NCBI GenBank assembly: GCA_019744845.1
Contig: JAIETW010000001.1
Coordinates: 418,859-482,858, forward strand
Direction of reading: 5' to 3'
Length of the DNA stretch: 64,000 nucleotides
Source: Patescibacteria group bacterium
Lineage (GTDB): Bacteria; Patescibacteriota; Minisyncoccia; Phycocordibacterales; Phycocordibacteraceae
The translations under genes and the position numbers were made by a program. Shown here piece by piece: positions 26,294-35,670 of this stretch; position 1 is the first letter of the stretch, and every line of letters starts with the position of its first letter. The notes under the pieces are model-generated. The model saw only the letters and a list, made by a program, of their open reading frames with translations. It was not told the origin of the DNA and ran no database searches.

Positions 26294-27457
26294 ATGCAAA
26301 TAAAAAACCTTCCCACTCCGTGTTACGTGTATGATCGTGCGGTTATTGAGAAACGCTGTCGCGATCTCAAGACCTATTTCCCAGGCGTAAAGATTTTCTA
26401 CGCGGTTAAGGCCAACAGCAATCCTGAGCTCCTCAAGATCATCCGCAAAGAAGGACTTGGTATTGAATGCGTATCCCCAGGAGAAATCCGTGCGGGGCAG
26501 GCTGCCGGCATGACAAAAGAAAAGATCAGCTTCACCTGTTCCAACCTCTCTGAGTCTGACCTTGTATTTGCGGCGCGAAACGCCGGGTACGTACACATAG
26601 ACTCGCTCGTACAGCTAGAGACATGGGGGAAGAAGAAGCTCGGGAGGGATGTCTCCCTTCGTATTAACGAAGGCATTGGCACTGGCCACCATCGCCATGT
26701 TGTGACCGGAGGCCCGGATAGTAAGTTCGGCATAAGTCTCAAGGATCTCCCCGCCGCACGAAAGATTGTAAAGAAATACGGACTCCGTGTGGTGTCTCTT
26801 GAGCAGCACATTGGTTCTAACGTGCTTGATAAGGATGCAGATATTTTCCTCAAGTCCGTACGAAAGCTTCTTCGGTCTGCAGAAGAATTTCCTGAGGTGC
26901 GCCACGTAGACTTCGGCGGAGGGTTCGGTATTCCATACCGTCCTACCGATCGTGCGCTCAATCTCAAAACACTCGGAAAAGAATTCACCAGCCTCACCAA
27001 CGCATTCGCAGAAAAGAGGGGAGGGAAGGTCACCTTTGCGCTTGAGCCAGGACGCTACGTAGTCGCGGAATCAGGCACGCTCCTTACGACGGTGGTAGAT
27101 ATGAAGTCCACTAGCAAGCACCAGTTTGTAGGGGTAAATTCAGGCTTTAACCACCTTATCCGTCCTGCAATGTATGGTTCATACCATCCTATAGAGAACC
27201 TCTCCCGAAAGGGGACCAAGAAAACGGTAACCATTGCCGGGAATGTCTGTGAGTCAGGAGACATCTTTGCCACACACCGGAGCATTGTCGCTCCGAAGAT
27301 TGGGGACGTACTTGCAATAGGGAATGCAGGCGCCTATGGCATGAGCATGGCCTCGGTATACAACCTCCGTGAGCTGCCGCGAGAGTTCATCTTAGAAAAA
27401 GGGAAGGCTCGTGAGATCACCTTCTCTCCAGAAGCGCGCGTGCGCACAAAGAAGTAG
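26294..27457 (+). CDS. lysA: diaminopimelate decarboxylase (PLP-dependent, fold III)
   Basis: TPCYVYD...FYAVKAN (PLP-Lys), GLGIECVSPGE, and CESGD near the C-terminus. 387 aa. Confidence 0.85.
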   Translation: MQIKNLPTPCYVYDRAVIEKRCRDLKTYFPGVKIFYAVKANSNPELLKIIRKEGLGIECVSPGEIRAGQAAGMTKEKISFTCSNLSESDLVFAARNAGYVHIDSLVQLETWGKKKLGRDVSLRINEGIGTGHHRHVVTGGPDSKFGISLKDLPAARKIVKKYGLRVVSLEQHIGSNVLDKDADIFLKSVRKLLRSAEEFPEVRHVDFGGGFGIPYRPTDRALNLKTLGKEFTSLTNAFAEKRGGKVTFALEPGRYVVAESGTLLTTVVDMKSTSKHQFVGVNSGFNHLIRPAMYGSYHPIENLSRKGTKKTVTIAGNVCESGDIFATHRSIVAPKIGDVLAIGNAGAYGMSMASVYNLRELPREFILEKGKAREITFSPEARVRTKK

Positions 27458-27491
27458 AACAGAAGCCAGGCACATGCTATGATGCCGGGCA

Positions 27492-27566
27492 CGCGGCTAT
27501 CGTTTAGTGGTAGGACGCGTCCTTGCCAAGGACGAGATGGGAGTTCGATTCTCCCTAGCCGCACCA
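27492..27566 (+). tRNA. tRNA-Gly (anticodon GCC), CCA encoded
   Basis: Acceptor GCGGCTA/TAGCCGC. Anticodon stem CGTCC/GGACG with loop TTGCCAA. T-arm GGGAG-TTCGATT-CTCCC. 3' ACCA. Confidence 0.75.
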
Positions 27567-27571
27567 AAGCC

Positions 27572-27600
27572 AAAAATGACCCGAAATGGGTCATTTTTCG
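27572..27600 (+). terminator. rho-independent terminator after tRNA-Gly
   Basis: AAAAATGACCC-GAAA-TGGGTCATTTTT hairpin plus T-run. Confidence 0.7.
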
Positions 27601-27788
27601 TTATTTGAACTGTCGACAAACCTGTGCACACTGGGGATAAAGGACAATAGGACAGTCCCTATAAAAATACCAAAGTCCTACGAATATGCTGTATATGTTC
27701 AGTATTTCTTTCGGTCGTCTTATATACACTAAATCTTCATCCAGATGAGATGTGTATTCCTAAGCGCTTCATGTTAGGATGCGCGGAC

Positions 27789-27859
27789 CGGGCCGTCGTA
27801 TACCGGTAGTACGCTTGCTTTGGGAGCAAGATGACAGGGTTCGATTCCCTGCGGCCCGA
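27789..27859 (+). tRNA. tRNA-Pro (anticodon TGG); CCA not encoded
   Basis: Acceptor CGGGCCG/CGGCCCG (C1:G72 typical of bacterial tRNA-Pro). Anticodon stem CTTGC/GCAAG with loop TTTGGGA (G37). T-arm CAGGG-TTCGATT-CCCTG. Confidence 0.75.
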
Positions 27860-27862
27860 TGA

Positions 27863-29062
27863 TTACTCAATACTGTCGTCCAGTATGTCGAGAAGTTCTG
27901 CAGCATCGTCCTCAAAGGAGGTGACGAGCGTTGAGAGATTGCCACGAAGGAAGTTATCCAAGTTACTTCCTGTATCTGCTTGGAAACTGCGGCGCAGGTG
28001 GTCAATCGTAATGGCCTGAAGATCCCGAAGAGAGAGGTCTGCTTTGACCGTACGCGTCGTGATGAGGCCTAGGAACTGATCGTCATCGTTCAAGACAGCG
28101 CCCCCAGAGGAGCCCTGCTGAGCGGCAGCGCCTGCATTTACCGCGAAGATATCAGTCGTATTGTTGGCACGGCTAAAGGTGAAGGCTTCTTTGATAGAAC
28201 CAAAAGTGATGGTTGGGTAGAGGCTGGAGCGCACCTGAGAACTGGTGAGGAACTCTGCACCGTAGGATCCTACGGACACATCGTCCTCTTCAGATACCTC
28301 TTTCCCAGAGGGTGCAAGCTGAAGACCTGGGAAGGAAGAAGGAGCAGGACCGCCAGATGCGTTTCCTGTAATCGCAAGGAAAGCGAAGTCGTGTTCTCCA
28401 GTACCCTTCGGATTGGAGGTCACAATGGTCGTCGGATTCTCTTCTATCCAGCTTGGAGAGATGTAAATAAGCTCTGCCACATATGCGTTCTTCGCTGGAC
28501 TTCCAGTCCGAATGACACAGGACCCAGAGTTCTTTTCTGGGTAATCAGTGACGAGGAAGTACTGGCCCACGTGTGCCACGGTCACGACGACCCCCTTGGT
28601 GCCTATAAGTACACCAGTTCCTGAGGTGCTGCGGAGATTATATCCCTTCGCAGGGGAACAGATGATGTTTACCAGGGCTCCCTTAAGGACATTAGTGGTA
28701 GAAATGTCTCCGCTTGGCTCAAGGACAGGCGGGAGAGGTTCATCTACCTCGGTCGGAGGTATCACTACCGGAGCGGTAGGGATGACTGGTGGGAAGGAAG
28801 GGAAGACAACTGGGGGGAGAACGGGGGTAGGGGCATTGGGCTCTTCTTCTGCATCGGGTATAGCACTCTCCGCGCCTCGGATAAGGCCATAGACCACCTC
28901 CTCAAGCGTAGGTGGACGGACGCCTGGGTTCCAGTTCTCAAGCGCTGGCATTGGGGGAGGGGTCACTGACACCTCTTCACGTGGCTCAGCACCAGTTCCA
29001 AGGAAAAAGGCCAGCACGCCGAACATAAGGGCGGCCCCGTTAGTAAGGAGTTCCTGGATCAT
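27863..29062 (-). CDS. membrane-anchored trypsin-like (S1) serine protease with proline-rich linker
   Basis: N-terminal TM, PPVVFPSFPPVIPTAPVVIPP linker, TVAHV (His), GSSGGAV (catalytic Ser motif). Confidence 0.75.
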   Translation of the reverse strand: MIQELLTNGAALMFGVLAFFLGTGAEPREEVSVTPPPMPALENWNPGVRPPTLEEVVYGLIRGAESAIPDAEEEPNAPTPVLPPVVFPSFPPVIPTAPVVIPPTEVDEPLPPVLEPSGDISTTNVLKGALVNIICSPAKGYNLRSTSGTGVLIGTKGVVVTVAHVGQYFLVTDYPEKNSGSCVIRTGSPAKNAYVAELIYISPSWIEENPTTIVTSNPKGTGEHDFAFLAITGNASGGPAPSSFPGLQLAPSGKEVSEEDDVSVGSYGAEFLTSSQVRSSLYPTITFGSIKEAFTFSRANNTTDIFAVNAGAAAQQGSSGGAVLNDDDQFLGLITTRTVKADLSLRDLQAITIDHLRRSFQADTGSNLDNFLRGNLSTLVTSFEDDAAELLDILDDSIE

Positions 29063-29129
29063 ACCCGTACGCTACACCATAGACGCGGGCGCGCAAAGAT
29101 ACAGTCTTTATGGTATCCTCGCCCCTGAA

Positions 29130-29203
29130 GCGGGATTAGTTTAATGGTAGAACATCAGTTTTCCAAACTGAGAGCAGGAGTTCGATTCTCCTATCCCGCA
29201 CCA
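29130..29203 (+). tRNA. tRNA-Gly (anticodon TCC), CCA encoded
   Basis: Acceptor GCGGGAT/ATCCCGC. Anticodon stem TCAGT/ACTGA with loop TTTCCAA. T-arm AGGAG-TTCGATT-CTCCT. Confidence 0.8.
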
Positions 29204-29275
29204 ATCTGTACTAGTGCAAGAAAGACGCCCCAGCCCGACTGAAAATATTCAAGAAGCCCTGAATGCTTTCGTCCG

Positions 29276-29716
29276 GTGCCATTCAGGTATACTCAATATA
29301 TGATCACCACACTACAGTACGTTTTGATATATCTTGTCTCAGTTCCTGTGTTTTTTATCATTGATATGTTTTGGTTAGGGGTTGTGGCTCCTGGGTTTTA
29401 TAAGTCGCAGATAGGCCACTTGCTTAGTCCAACGGTGAATTGGCCAGTCGCAATCGTGTTCTACCTGCTCTTTTTGGTTGGACTCATTATTTTTGCTATC
29501 GCACCAGCAATAGAGGCACGCGCGTGGACACACGCGTTATTGTATGGAGCACTGTTTGGTTTCTTTACGTACCTCACCTATGACCTCACAAACTGGGCGA
29601 CTATGAAGGATTGGCCAGCGCTGGTATCAATCGTTGATGTGGTGTGGGGGACAGTGCTTTCTGGAGCAGTCGCAACGATAACGTACTTGCTTGTTACGAC
29701 CTTCATCATTAAATAA
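29276..29716 (+). CDS. DUF2177-family membrane protein (start possibly MITTLQ at 29300)
   Basis: Four TM helices. ...DMFWLGVVAPGFYKSQIGHLL... typical of DUF2177. Confidence 0.65.
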   Translation: MPFRYTQYMITTLQYVLIYLVSVPVFFIIDMFWLGVVAPGFYKSQIGHLLSPTVNWPVAIVFYLLFLVGLIIFAIAPAIEARAWTHALLYGALFGFFTYLTYDLTNWATMKDWPALVSIVDVVWGTVLSGAVATITYLLVTTFIIK

Positions 29717-29718
29717 TT

Positions 29719-30498
29719 ATGGACGCACTGGCTCTTTCGCTCGCAGCACTTCTTGCCTACATGGGCGTGTTGTTTATCGTGAGTCTTATCGTCAAGAACA
29801 ACGGCGTCGCAGACATAGGATACGGGATTGCGTTCATGGTTGTTGTTGCTGCAACCTTCGCTCAAACTACAATCACTGAACCATTCATATTGGTCATCGC
29901 ACTTCTCCCATTTATTTGGGGTGCTCGTCTCGCAACGAGAATCTATTTAAAAAATACCGGTAAGCCTGAAGATTTCAGGTACAAAGCGTGGCGTGATGCA
30001 TGGGGAAAGAGTTTCGTGGTACGGAGTTTCTTACAGGTGTACCTTCTTCAGGGACTGGTGGTCTTCATTGTGTCTCTTCCTATAACGCTTGCACTGTTGT
30101 ATCCCTCAGTGCAGCCAAACTATGCGTTTGCGTACCTTGGTCTTGCGGTGTGGGTGGTAGGGTTTTTCTTTGAAGTAGTGGCAGACCACCAGTTGGATCA
30201 GTTTATTAAAAATCCACAAAACAAAGGATCCATAATGATGCGTGGGCTATGGAGGTATTCACGGCACCCTAACTACTTCGGAGAAAGCACCATGTGGGTA
30301 GGTATTGCGCTTATGTCCTTGGCACTTTCCTCTATACCGTTCGTTGCGCTCGTAAGCCCACTACTCATTACCTTCCTTCTTCTGAAAGTATCGGGCGTAC
30401 CACTCCTCGAGAAGAGGTGGGAAGGCGATCCTGCATGGGAGACATACAAAAAAAGAACATCGGTGTTTATTCCACTGCCACCTCAGCTTCCCTCATGA
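29719..30498 (+). CDS. DUF1295 (steroid 5-alpha-reductase-like) membrane protein
   Basis: WRYSRHPNYFGE motif with multiple TM helices. Overlaps the next gene by 4 bp. Confidence 0.7.
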   Translation: MDALALSLAALLAYMGVLFIVSLIVKNNGVADIGYGIAFMVVVAATFAQTTITEPFILVIALLPFIWGARLATRIYLKNTGKPEDFRYKAWRDAWGKSFVVRSFLQVYLLQGLVVFIVSLPITLALLYPSVQPNYAFAYLGLAVWVVGFFFEVVADHQLDQFIKNPQNKGSIMMRGLWRYSRHPNYFGESTMWVGIALMSLALSSIPFVALVSPLLITFLLLKVSGVPLLEKRWEGDPAWETYKKRTSVFIPLPPQLPS

Positions 30499-31169
30499 AA
30501 AAATATATGTACATAACACTCGCTGTTGTTGCGCTGCTGCTTATTGTCTGGACTGCGTTGAGTTATCTTGTAGAACATTCAGTCAAAACACCCGCGTATT
30601 CAGTCATAGAAAAACGGGGCGGATATGAAGTGCGTCTATATGAGCCCTATATAACCGCTCGAGTGGAGGTGGGTGGCACCTACGAGAAAGCCTTAAATGA
30701 AGGTTTCAGCATCCTGGCTGATTACATTTTTGGAAATAATACGAGACAGGCGGGAATAGCGATGACCGCTCCGGTTATTGAGGGCGCATCTGAAAAGATG
30801 GCAATGACTGCGCCTGTCATGGTTAAGGATAATCAGGTGCTTGCTATGACTGCCCCAGTGATTACAAGCTCAAAGGGCGCAGGACGAACAGTTTCTTTTG
30901 TGATGCCGTTTGAATACACCCTTGAGACACTACCGAAGCCTAACAATCCTAGGATAGAAATTGTGCCGCAAGAAGCACGAAAAGTTGCTGTATTGAGATT
31001 TTCTTGGTTCAGGGACAGTGAGCGTATTGCTAAGAAAAAGCAGGAACTCCTCTCGCTTCTTGAGAAAGACTCAGTTGTCATTGTGGGGGAGCCAGAATAC
31101 GCAGGGTACAACGCACCGCTCACTGCGCCGTGGCTTAATAGAAACGAAATACTAGTTGAGATCAAGTAG
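30495..31169 (+). CDS. SOUL/HBP heme-binding family protein, membrane-anchored (ORF opens 30294; MKKYMY start preferred)
   Basis: Repeats PAYSVIEKRGGYEVRLYEPY...MTAPV...AMTAPV characteristic of SOUL proteins. Confidence 0.7.
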   Translation: MKKYMYITLAVVALLLIVWTALSYLVEHSVKTPAYSVIEKRGGYEVRLYEPYITARVEVGGTYEKALNEGFSILADYIFGNNTRQAGIAMTAPVIEGASEKMAMTAPVMVKDNQVLAMTAPVITSSKGAGRTVSFVMPFEYTLETLPKPNNPRIEIVPQEARKVAVLRFSWFRDSERIAKKKQELLSLLEKDSVVIVGEPEYAGYNAPLTAPWLNRNEILVEIK

Positions 31170-31314
31170 CATTTCACGGCTCTAGGGCGCCTGCGCTTAC
31201 GCAGTCCGCTAGTGAGATGGGCACTACCTCACCAATAGTTCACCAACGCGCATGGTATCTTTTATTACAGAACCCTCTGATGGGTGTGTATGTTTACTAA
31301 TTAATTTTAAAATT

Positions 31315-32454
31315 ATGTATAGCAACGTGATTGGGAAAATTGGTGCAACGGTGACTGCCCTCGCGCTCGCAGTCTCTGCGTTTGCGATGCTTGCGCCTAT
31401 AAGCGCACAGGCAGCGGGCTGTAACTTTACGCGCGACTTGTATGTCGGCGTCACTGGTGACGATGTGCGTTGTCTCCAGGTGTACTTGAACGGTGCAGGC
31501 AATGCACGCATTGCCGCCTCTGGTGTAGGTGCTCCAGGAAAGGAAACTACCACCTTTGGTCCTTTGACTGGCCAGGCCGTACTTCGTTGGCAGCAGGCAA
31601 ATGGTATTGCCGGCGCAAACGGTGTATTCGGTGCAGGATCACGCGCAAAGTACAACGCACTTATAGGAAGCGGAGGAGGTACGGTAGTGACCCCAACCGT
31701 ACCAGTGAGCGGTGCTCAGGATCAGATCCGCGCACGCATTGCGATCCTTGAAGCAATTGCGGCATACCAGGATGCGCAGGACGAGAATGGGGAGGAAGAT
31801 CTTCTTGAAGACTCTCTCAGCAACCTCTTGAACGCAATGGCTTACTACGTCAACAACAGCTACACCCAAGCAATCTCTGCCGCAAACAATGCAACGAACG
31901 ATGCGGAGGATGCAATGGGAGATAGCGATGATGATGACGAAGATGAGGACGCTGAGGAAGATGATGCGGAAGAGGCAGTTGATGAACTTGATGAGGCGAT
32001 AGACGAGGCAGACGATTTGGTTCAGGACTCAAACGCAAGCCAGGATGATCTTGAAGAGGCGTCTGACCTGCTCAACGATGCACGTGACGTGCTTGATGAG
32101 GCAGAAGAGGCACTTGATGATGAGGACTGGGAGGATGCGCTTGATCTTGCAGACGAAGGTCAGGATCTTGTAGATGAAGCGCTTGACGTAGTCGGCGAAG
32201 ACGCATCTGGTGACGAAGACGAGGCAGAAGAGGCACTTGATGACGCCTGGGATGCCTTTGACGACGCATGGGATGAGGTAAACGAAGCAGAGGACGACGG
32301 TGAAGACATAGATGATGCCGAGGACTTGCTTGATGAGGCAGAGGAGCTTCTTGATGAAGCAGACGAAGCCCTTGATGACGAGGACTGGGACGAAGTACTA
32401 GACCTTGTTGAGGAGGCAGAAGACCTCATTGACGAGGCACTAGACGAAATCTAG
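31315..32454 (+). CDS. secreted protein: PG_binding_1-like domain plus ~250-aa ultra-acidic D/E-rich repeat region (ORF opens 31252)
   Basis: Signal peptide MYSNVIGKIGATVTALALAVSAFAMLAPISAQA. CLQVYLNGAG...FGPLTGQAVLRWQQANG (PGB fold). Then ~50% D/E with two ~35-aa repeats LDEAEEALDDEDWEDALDL..DLVDEALD. Confidence 0.7.
   Translation: MYSNVIGKIGATVTALALAVSAFAMLAPISAQAAGCNFTRDLYVGVTGDDVRCLQVYLNGAGNARIAASGVGAPGKETTTFGPLTGQAVLRWQQANGIAGANGVFGAGSRAKYNALIGSGGGTVVTPTVPVSGAQDQIRARIAILEAIAAYQDAQDENGEEDLLEDSLSNLLNAMAYYVNNSYTQAISAANNATNDAEDAMGDSDDDDEDEDAEEDDAEEAVDELDEAIDEADDLVQDSNASQDDLEEASDLLNDARDVLDEAEEALDDEDWEDALDLADEGQDLVDEALDVVGEDASGDEDEAEEALDDAWDAFDDAWDEVNEAEDDGEDIDDAEDLLDEAEELLDEADEALDDEDWDEVLDLVEEAEDLIDEALDEI
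32040..32451 (+). repeat. imperfect tandem coding repeats (acidic LDEAxEALDDEDW... units) within the 31315-32454 gene
   Basis: DNA segments near 32071-32200 and 32326-32450 encode near-identical acidic peptide units. Confidence 0.6.
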
Positions 32455-32469
32455 ACCATCGTTCGCAGA

Positions 32470-32498
32470 GAAAACCGCTCCTTCTGGGGCGGTTTTTT
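32470..32498 (+). terminator. rho-independent terminator
   Basis: AAACCGCTCC-TTCT-GGGGCGGTTTTTT. Confidence 0.65.
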
Positions 32499-32509
32499 CT
32501 TGATCTGCC

Positions 32510-33679
32510 ATGAAGGAGTACTATGGGCATATGGAACCGCTCGCCAATCGCATACGCCCAACCTCTCTCAAAGAGTTTGTCGGCCAAGAGCACTTGGTCG
32601 GCGAAGGGAAGCCCCTTCGTGTCGCGATAGAAAAGAAACATCGCTTCTCCTTTATTCTTTGGGGGCCACCAGGAACGGGAAAGACCACCATCGCTCGCAT
32701 CTATGCCTCTGCATTAGATGCAGAGCTGTTTGAACTCTCTGCGGTATCCGCAGGGAAAGATGACATACGAAAGATCGTGGACGGTGGCGCGCGAGAGGGA
32801 AAGCTCTCGCTTGGAAAACCAAAAGTACTTTTCTTAGATGAGATCCATCGTTTCAACAAAAGCCAGCAAGACTTCTTGCTTCCGTATGTAGAGAGTGGGG
32901 AACTCACCCTCATTGGTGCCACGACCGAGAACCCATCCTTTGAAGTGATCCCTGCACTTCTGTCGCGTGCACGCGTATTCGTGCTTGAGCCTCTTTCCGA
33001 AGAATCGCTCAAGGCAATTGTGAAGCGCACAAAGATAAAAGTAGGGAAAGAGGCCTTCGCCTGGCTCCTCGGCTACGCCAACGGAGACGCGCGGAGAGCC
33101 CTCACGATGCTTGAGGGCGCGCAGACGCTCTATGGAGAAGTGTCTGTGGATACACTCAACCAAGCACTGGAATCTCCACATCTTCGCTATGACAAGAAAG
33201 GGGAGGAGCACTACGACACTATCTCTGCCTTCATTAAAAGCATGCGTGCCTCCCAGCCTGACGCCGCCATGTACTACCTCGCTCGTATGGTGGACGCAGG
33301 GGAAGATCCTCTCTTCATCGCCCGAAGAATGGTGATCTTTGCGTCAGAAGATATTGGACTCGCGCAACCGACCGCGCTTGTCGTTGCAAACGCAGTCTTT
33401 CATGCTTGCGAAGTAATTGGATACCCAGAATGTGCGATCAACCTCGCTCATGGCGTGGCGTATCTTTCTAATGCTGCGAAAGATCGCTCTGCATACGATG
33501 CACTTCGCGCTGCGCAGGAAGATGTGCGTGCCCTTGGCAATCTCCCTGTACCAAAGCATATACGCAATGCACACACAAAGCTGATGAAGGATCTTGAGTA
33601 TGGAAAAGGATACGAAATGTATAGCAAGGAAAGTAATCTTCCTGAGAAACTAAAAGGGAAGAAATATTTTACGGAATAA
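32510..33679 (+). CDS. rarA: replication-associated recombination protein A (AAA+ ATPase)
   Basis: RPTSLKEFVGQEHLVG, Walker A GPPGTGKTT, DEIHRFNK. 389 aa. Confidence 0.85.
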   Translation: MKEYYGHMEPLANRIRPTSLKEFVGQEHLVGEGKPLRVAIEKKHRFSFILWGPPGTGKTTIARIYASALDAELFELSAVSAGKDDIRKIVDGGAREGKLSLGKPKVLFLDEIHRFNKSQQDFLLPYVESGELTLIGATTENPSFEVIPALLSRARVFVLEPLSEESLKAIVKRTKIKVGKEAFAWLLGYANGDARRALTMLEGAQTLYGEVSVDTLNQALESPHLRYDKKGEEHYDTISAFIKSMRASQPDAAMYYLARMVDAGEDPLFIARRMVIFASEDIGLAQPTALVVANAVFHACEVIGYPECAINLAHGVAYLSNAAKDRSAYDALRAAQEDVRALGNLPVPKHIRNAHTKLMKDLEYGKGYEMYSKESNLPEKLKGKKYFTE

Positions 33680-33681
33680 GA

Positions 33682-33712
33682 AAAGCCCCGGATCTCCGGG
33701 GCTTTCTCTTTG
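33682..33712. terminator. bidirectional hairpin terminator between rarA and hup
   Basis: AGCCCCGG-ATCT-CCGGGGCT flanked by A-run and T-run. Confidence 0.65.
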
Positions 33713-33722
33713 GAGAACGGGA

Positions 33723-33995
33723 TTACTTTACCGCGTCCTTGAGTGCCTTTGCGGGGCGGAACTTCGGCGTGCGGGTTGCCGCAATACGGATGGTCTCACC
33801 AGTACGAGGGTTGCGACCGGTGCGGGCTGGGCGGGCCTTTGCAACGAAGATACCAAGTCCTGCGACTGAGACTTCATCACCTCCCTTAAGACCAGACACG
33901 ACACAGTCAATAAAAGTCTCGACGGCGCGCTCTGCATCAGCCTTGGTGCCACCGAGAACTGCCTGAACTTTTGAGACGATATCTGCTTTATTCAT
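33723..33995 (-). CDS. hup: DNA-binding protein HU (ORF opens 34076; MNKADIV start preferred)
   Basis: MNKADIVSKV...GFGIFVAKARPARTGRNPRTGETIRIAA (HU beta-arm signature). Confidence 0.9.
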   Translation of the reverse strand: MNKADIVSKVQAVLGGTKADAERAVETFIDCVVSGLKGGDEVSVAGLGIFVAKARPARTGRNPRTGETIRIAATRTPKFRPAKALKDAVK

Positions 33996-34097
33996 AGTTC
34001 TCTTGTTAATTCGTAATCCCGCGGCCGGGTGGCTCCGGGTATACAAGAAGTATAGGAAATAAGCCATTCTATGCAATAGGCAGAAAGGACAACAAAA

Positions 34098-34120
34098 AAT
34101 CCCTCACCAGAGGGATTTTT
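34098..34120. terminator. bidirectional hairpin terminator between rny and hup
   Basis: AATCCCTC-ACCA-GAGGGATT with A-run upstream and T-run downstream. Confidence 0.65.
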
Positions 34121-34140
34121 ATACTTCATGTCAAGAGTAC

Positions 34141-35670
34141 TTAGCGCGCAAACTCAACGACACGATTCTCACGAATGATGTTGACCTTGATTTCACCTGG
34201 ATACTTGAGTTCACTCTGCACCCGATCAGCAATTTCTCGTGCCATTTTGTGCATCGCAAAGTCAGACACCTTACCTGGGTTCACAAAGATGCGGATTTCA
34301 CGTCCTGCCTGCACCGCATAGGTCTTCTCTACACCTGGGAAGGAGTTTGCAATGCGCTCCAAGTCTCCAAGGCGCTCAAGATAGCGCTCTACCGTATCAC
34401 GACGTGCACCAGGGCGACCGCCAGAGACTGCATCTGCTACCTGTACGATGACGGACTCGGGTGTTTCATACGGATATTCCTCATGGTGTGACTGCATTGC
34501 CTGGATAACGGCCTTATCTACTCCGAACTTTTCAAGCAGACGGCGGCCAATCTCTACATGTGTGCCCTGGACCTCATGGTCCACTGCTTTTCCAATGTCA
34601 TGGAGGAGAGCTCCTGCGCGTGCAACATCGGCATTTGCACCAAGTTCTTCCGCAAGCATGCCTGCCAAGTGTGCCATCTCAATTGAGTGCTGAAGCACGT
34701 TCTGCCCGTAGCTCGTACGGAAGTGCAGACGTCCAAGAAGAGAGATGAGGCGAGGATCAAGACCGAGGAGACCAACTTCGTATGCAGCTTGTTCTCCACG
34801 CTGTTTCACCATCTCGGCGACTTCCTGCTTCGCACGTTCCACCACATCTTCAATCTTTGCGGGCTGAATACGGCCATCCTCAATCAACCGCTCAAGTGCA
34901 ATCTTTGCGATGTGACGACGGAGCGGGTCAAAGGAAGAAAGAGTGATCTTGTCAGGCGCCTCATCAATGATGACGTCTACACCGGTTGCACGCTCAAATG
35001 CCTTAATGTTACGGCCTTCTTTTCCGATAACCTTCCCCTTGATTTCTTCAGAGGCAATAGAGACAGAGAGGGTCATCACTTCCGCATTTACTGCATTCCC
35101 CATACGGTGAATCGCGGTAAGAAGCAGAGCGCGCGCTTTCTCTTCAAGCTGTGCACGACCATGTGCCTCAAGCTTCTGAATGCGAGAAAGGAAGGACTCC
35201 TGGCTCGTCTGTTCAATATCTTTCATGAGCATCTCGCGCGCCTCTTTTTCTGACATATGCGCCAGACGCGTGAGTTCTGCACGGCGTTCATTCAAAAGCG
35301 TATCCGCCTCCCGGCGCGCATTGACTGCCTCGTTCTCACGAGCACGAATCTTATCCTCATCTTCGGAAAGACCACGTTCGCGTTCATCCAAAAACTCTTC
35401 GCGCTTTCCGAGGCGCTCTTCTTTTTCCAAAAGTTTCTCCTCGCGCTCTTCAAGAGGTTCAAGCCGGTTCTCTTCTATTTCCTTTGCGCGCTCTTCCGCC
35501 TCTGCCACCACGCGCGCAGCACGCTCACGCGCCTCAAGCATCTTCTGCTTGATCTCCAACTCCAAAGACCCTCGTTGCGAGAGGGTAATGAGCCATCGGA
35601 GCACGTAGCCAAGCGCAATGCCGGCAAGTCCCGAGAGGGCAAGAAGGCCAAGGACGAGTTTTATGGACAT
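34141..35670 (-). CDS. rny: ribonuclease Y (N-terminal TM, coiled coil, KH and HD domains)
   Basis: KH (GKVIGKEGRNIKAFE) and HD (LLHDIGKAVDHE) motifs. 509 aa. Confidence 0.9.
   Translation of the reverse strand: MSIKLVLGLLALSGLAGIALGYVLRWLITLSQRGSLELEIKQKMLEARERAARVVAEAEERAKEIEENRLEPLEEREEKLLEKEERLGKREEFLDERERGLSEDEDKIRARENEAVNARREADTLLNERRAELTRLAHMSEKEAREMLMKDIEQTSQESFLSRIQKLEAHGRAQLEEKARALLLTAIHRMGNAVNAEVMTLSVSIASEEIKGKVIGKEGRNIKAFERATGVDVIIDEAPDKITLSSFDPLRRHIAKIALERLIEDGRIQPAKIEDVVERAKQEVAEMVKQRGEQAAYEVGLLGLDPRLISLLGRLHFRTSYGQNVLQHSIEMAHLAGMLAEELGANADVARAGALLHDIGKAVDHEVQGTHVEIGRRLLEKFGVDKAVIQAMQSHHEEYPYETPESVIVQVADAVSGGRPGARRDTVERYLERLGDLERIANSFPGVEKTYAVQAGREIRIFVNPGKVSDFAMHKMAREIADRVQSELKYPGEIKVNIIRENRVVEFAR

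Noticed and set aside
31850-32429. Ser-rich, Pro/His/Arg-rich minus-strand ORFs (89, 65 and 62 aa) opposite the acidic-repeat gene
   Set aside because: Antisense of GAN-rich acidic codons. They are low-complexity mirror ORFs, not genes.
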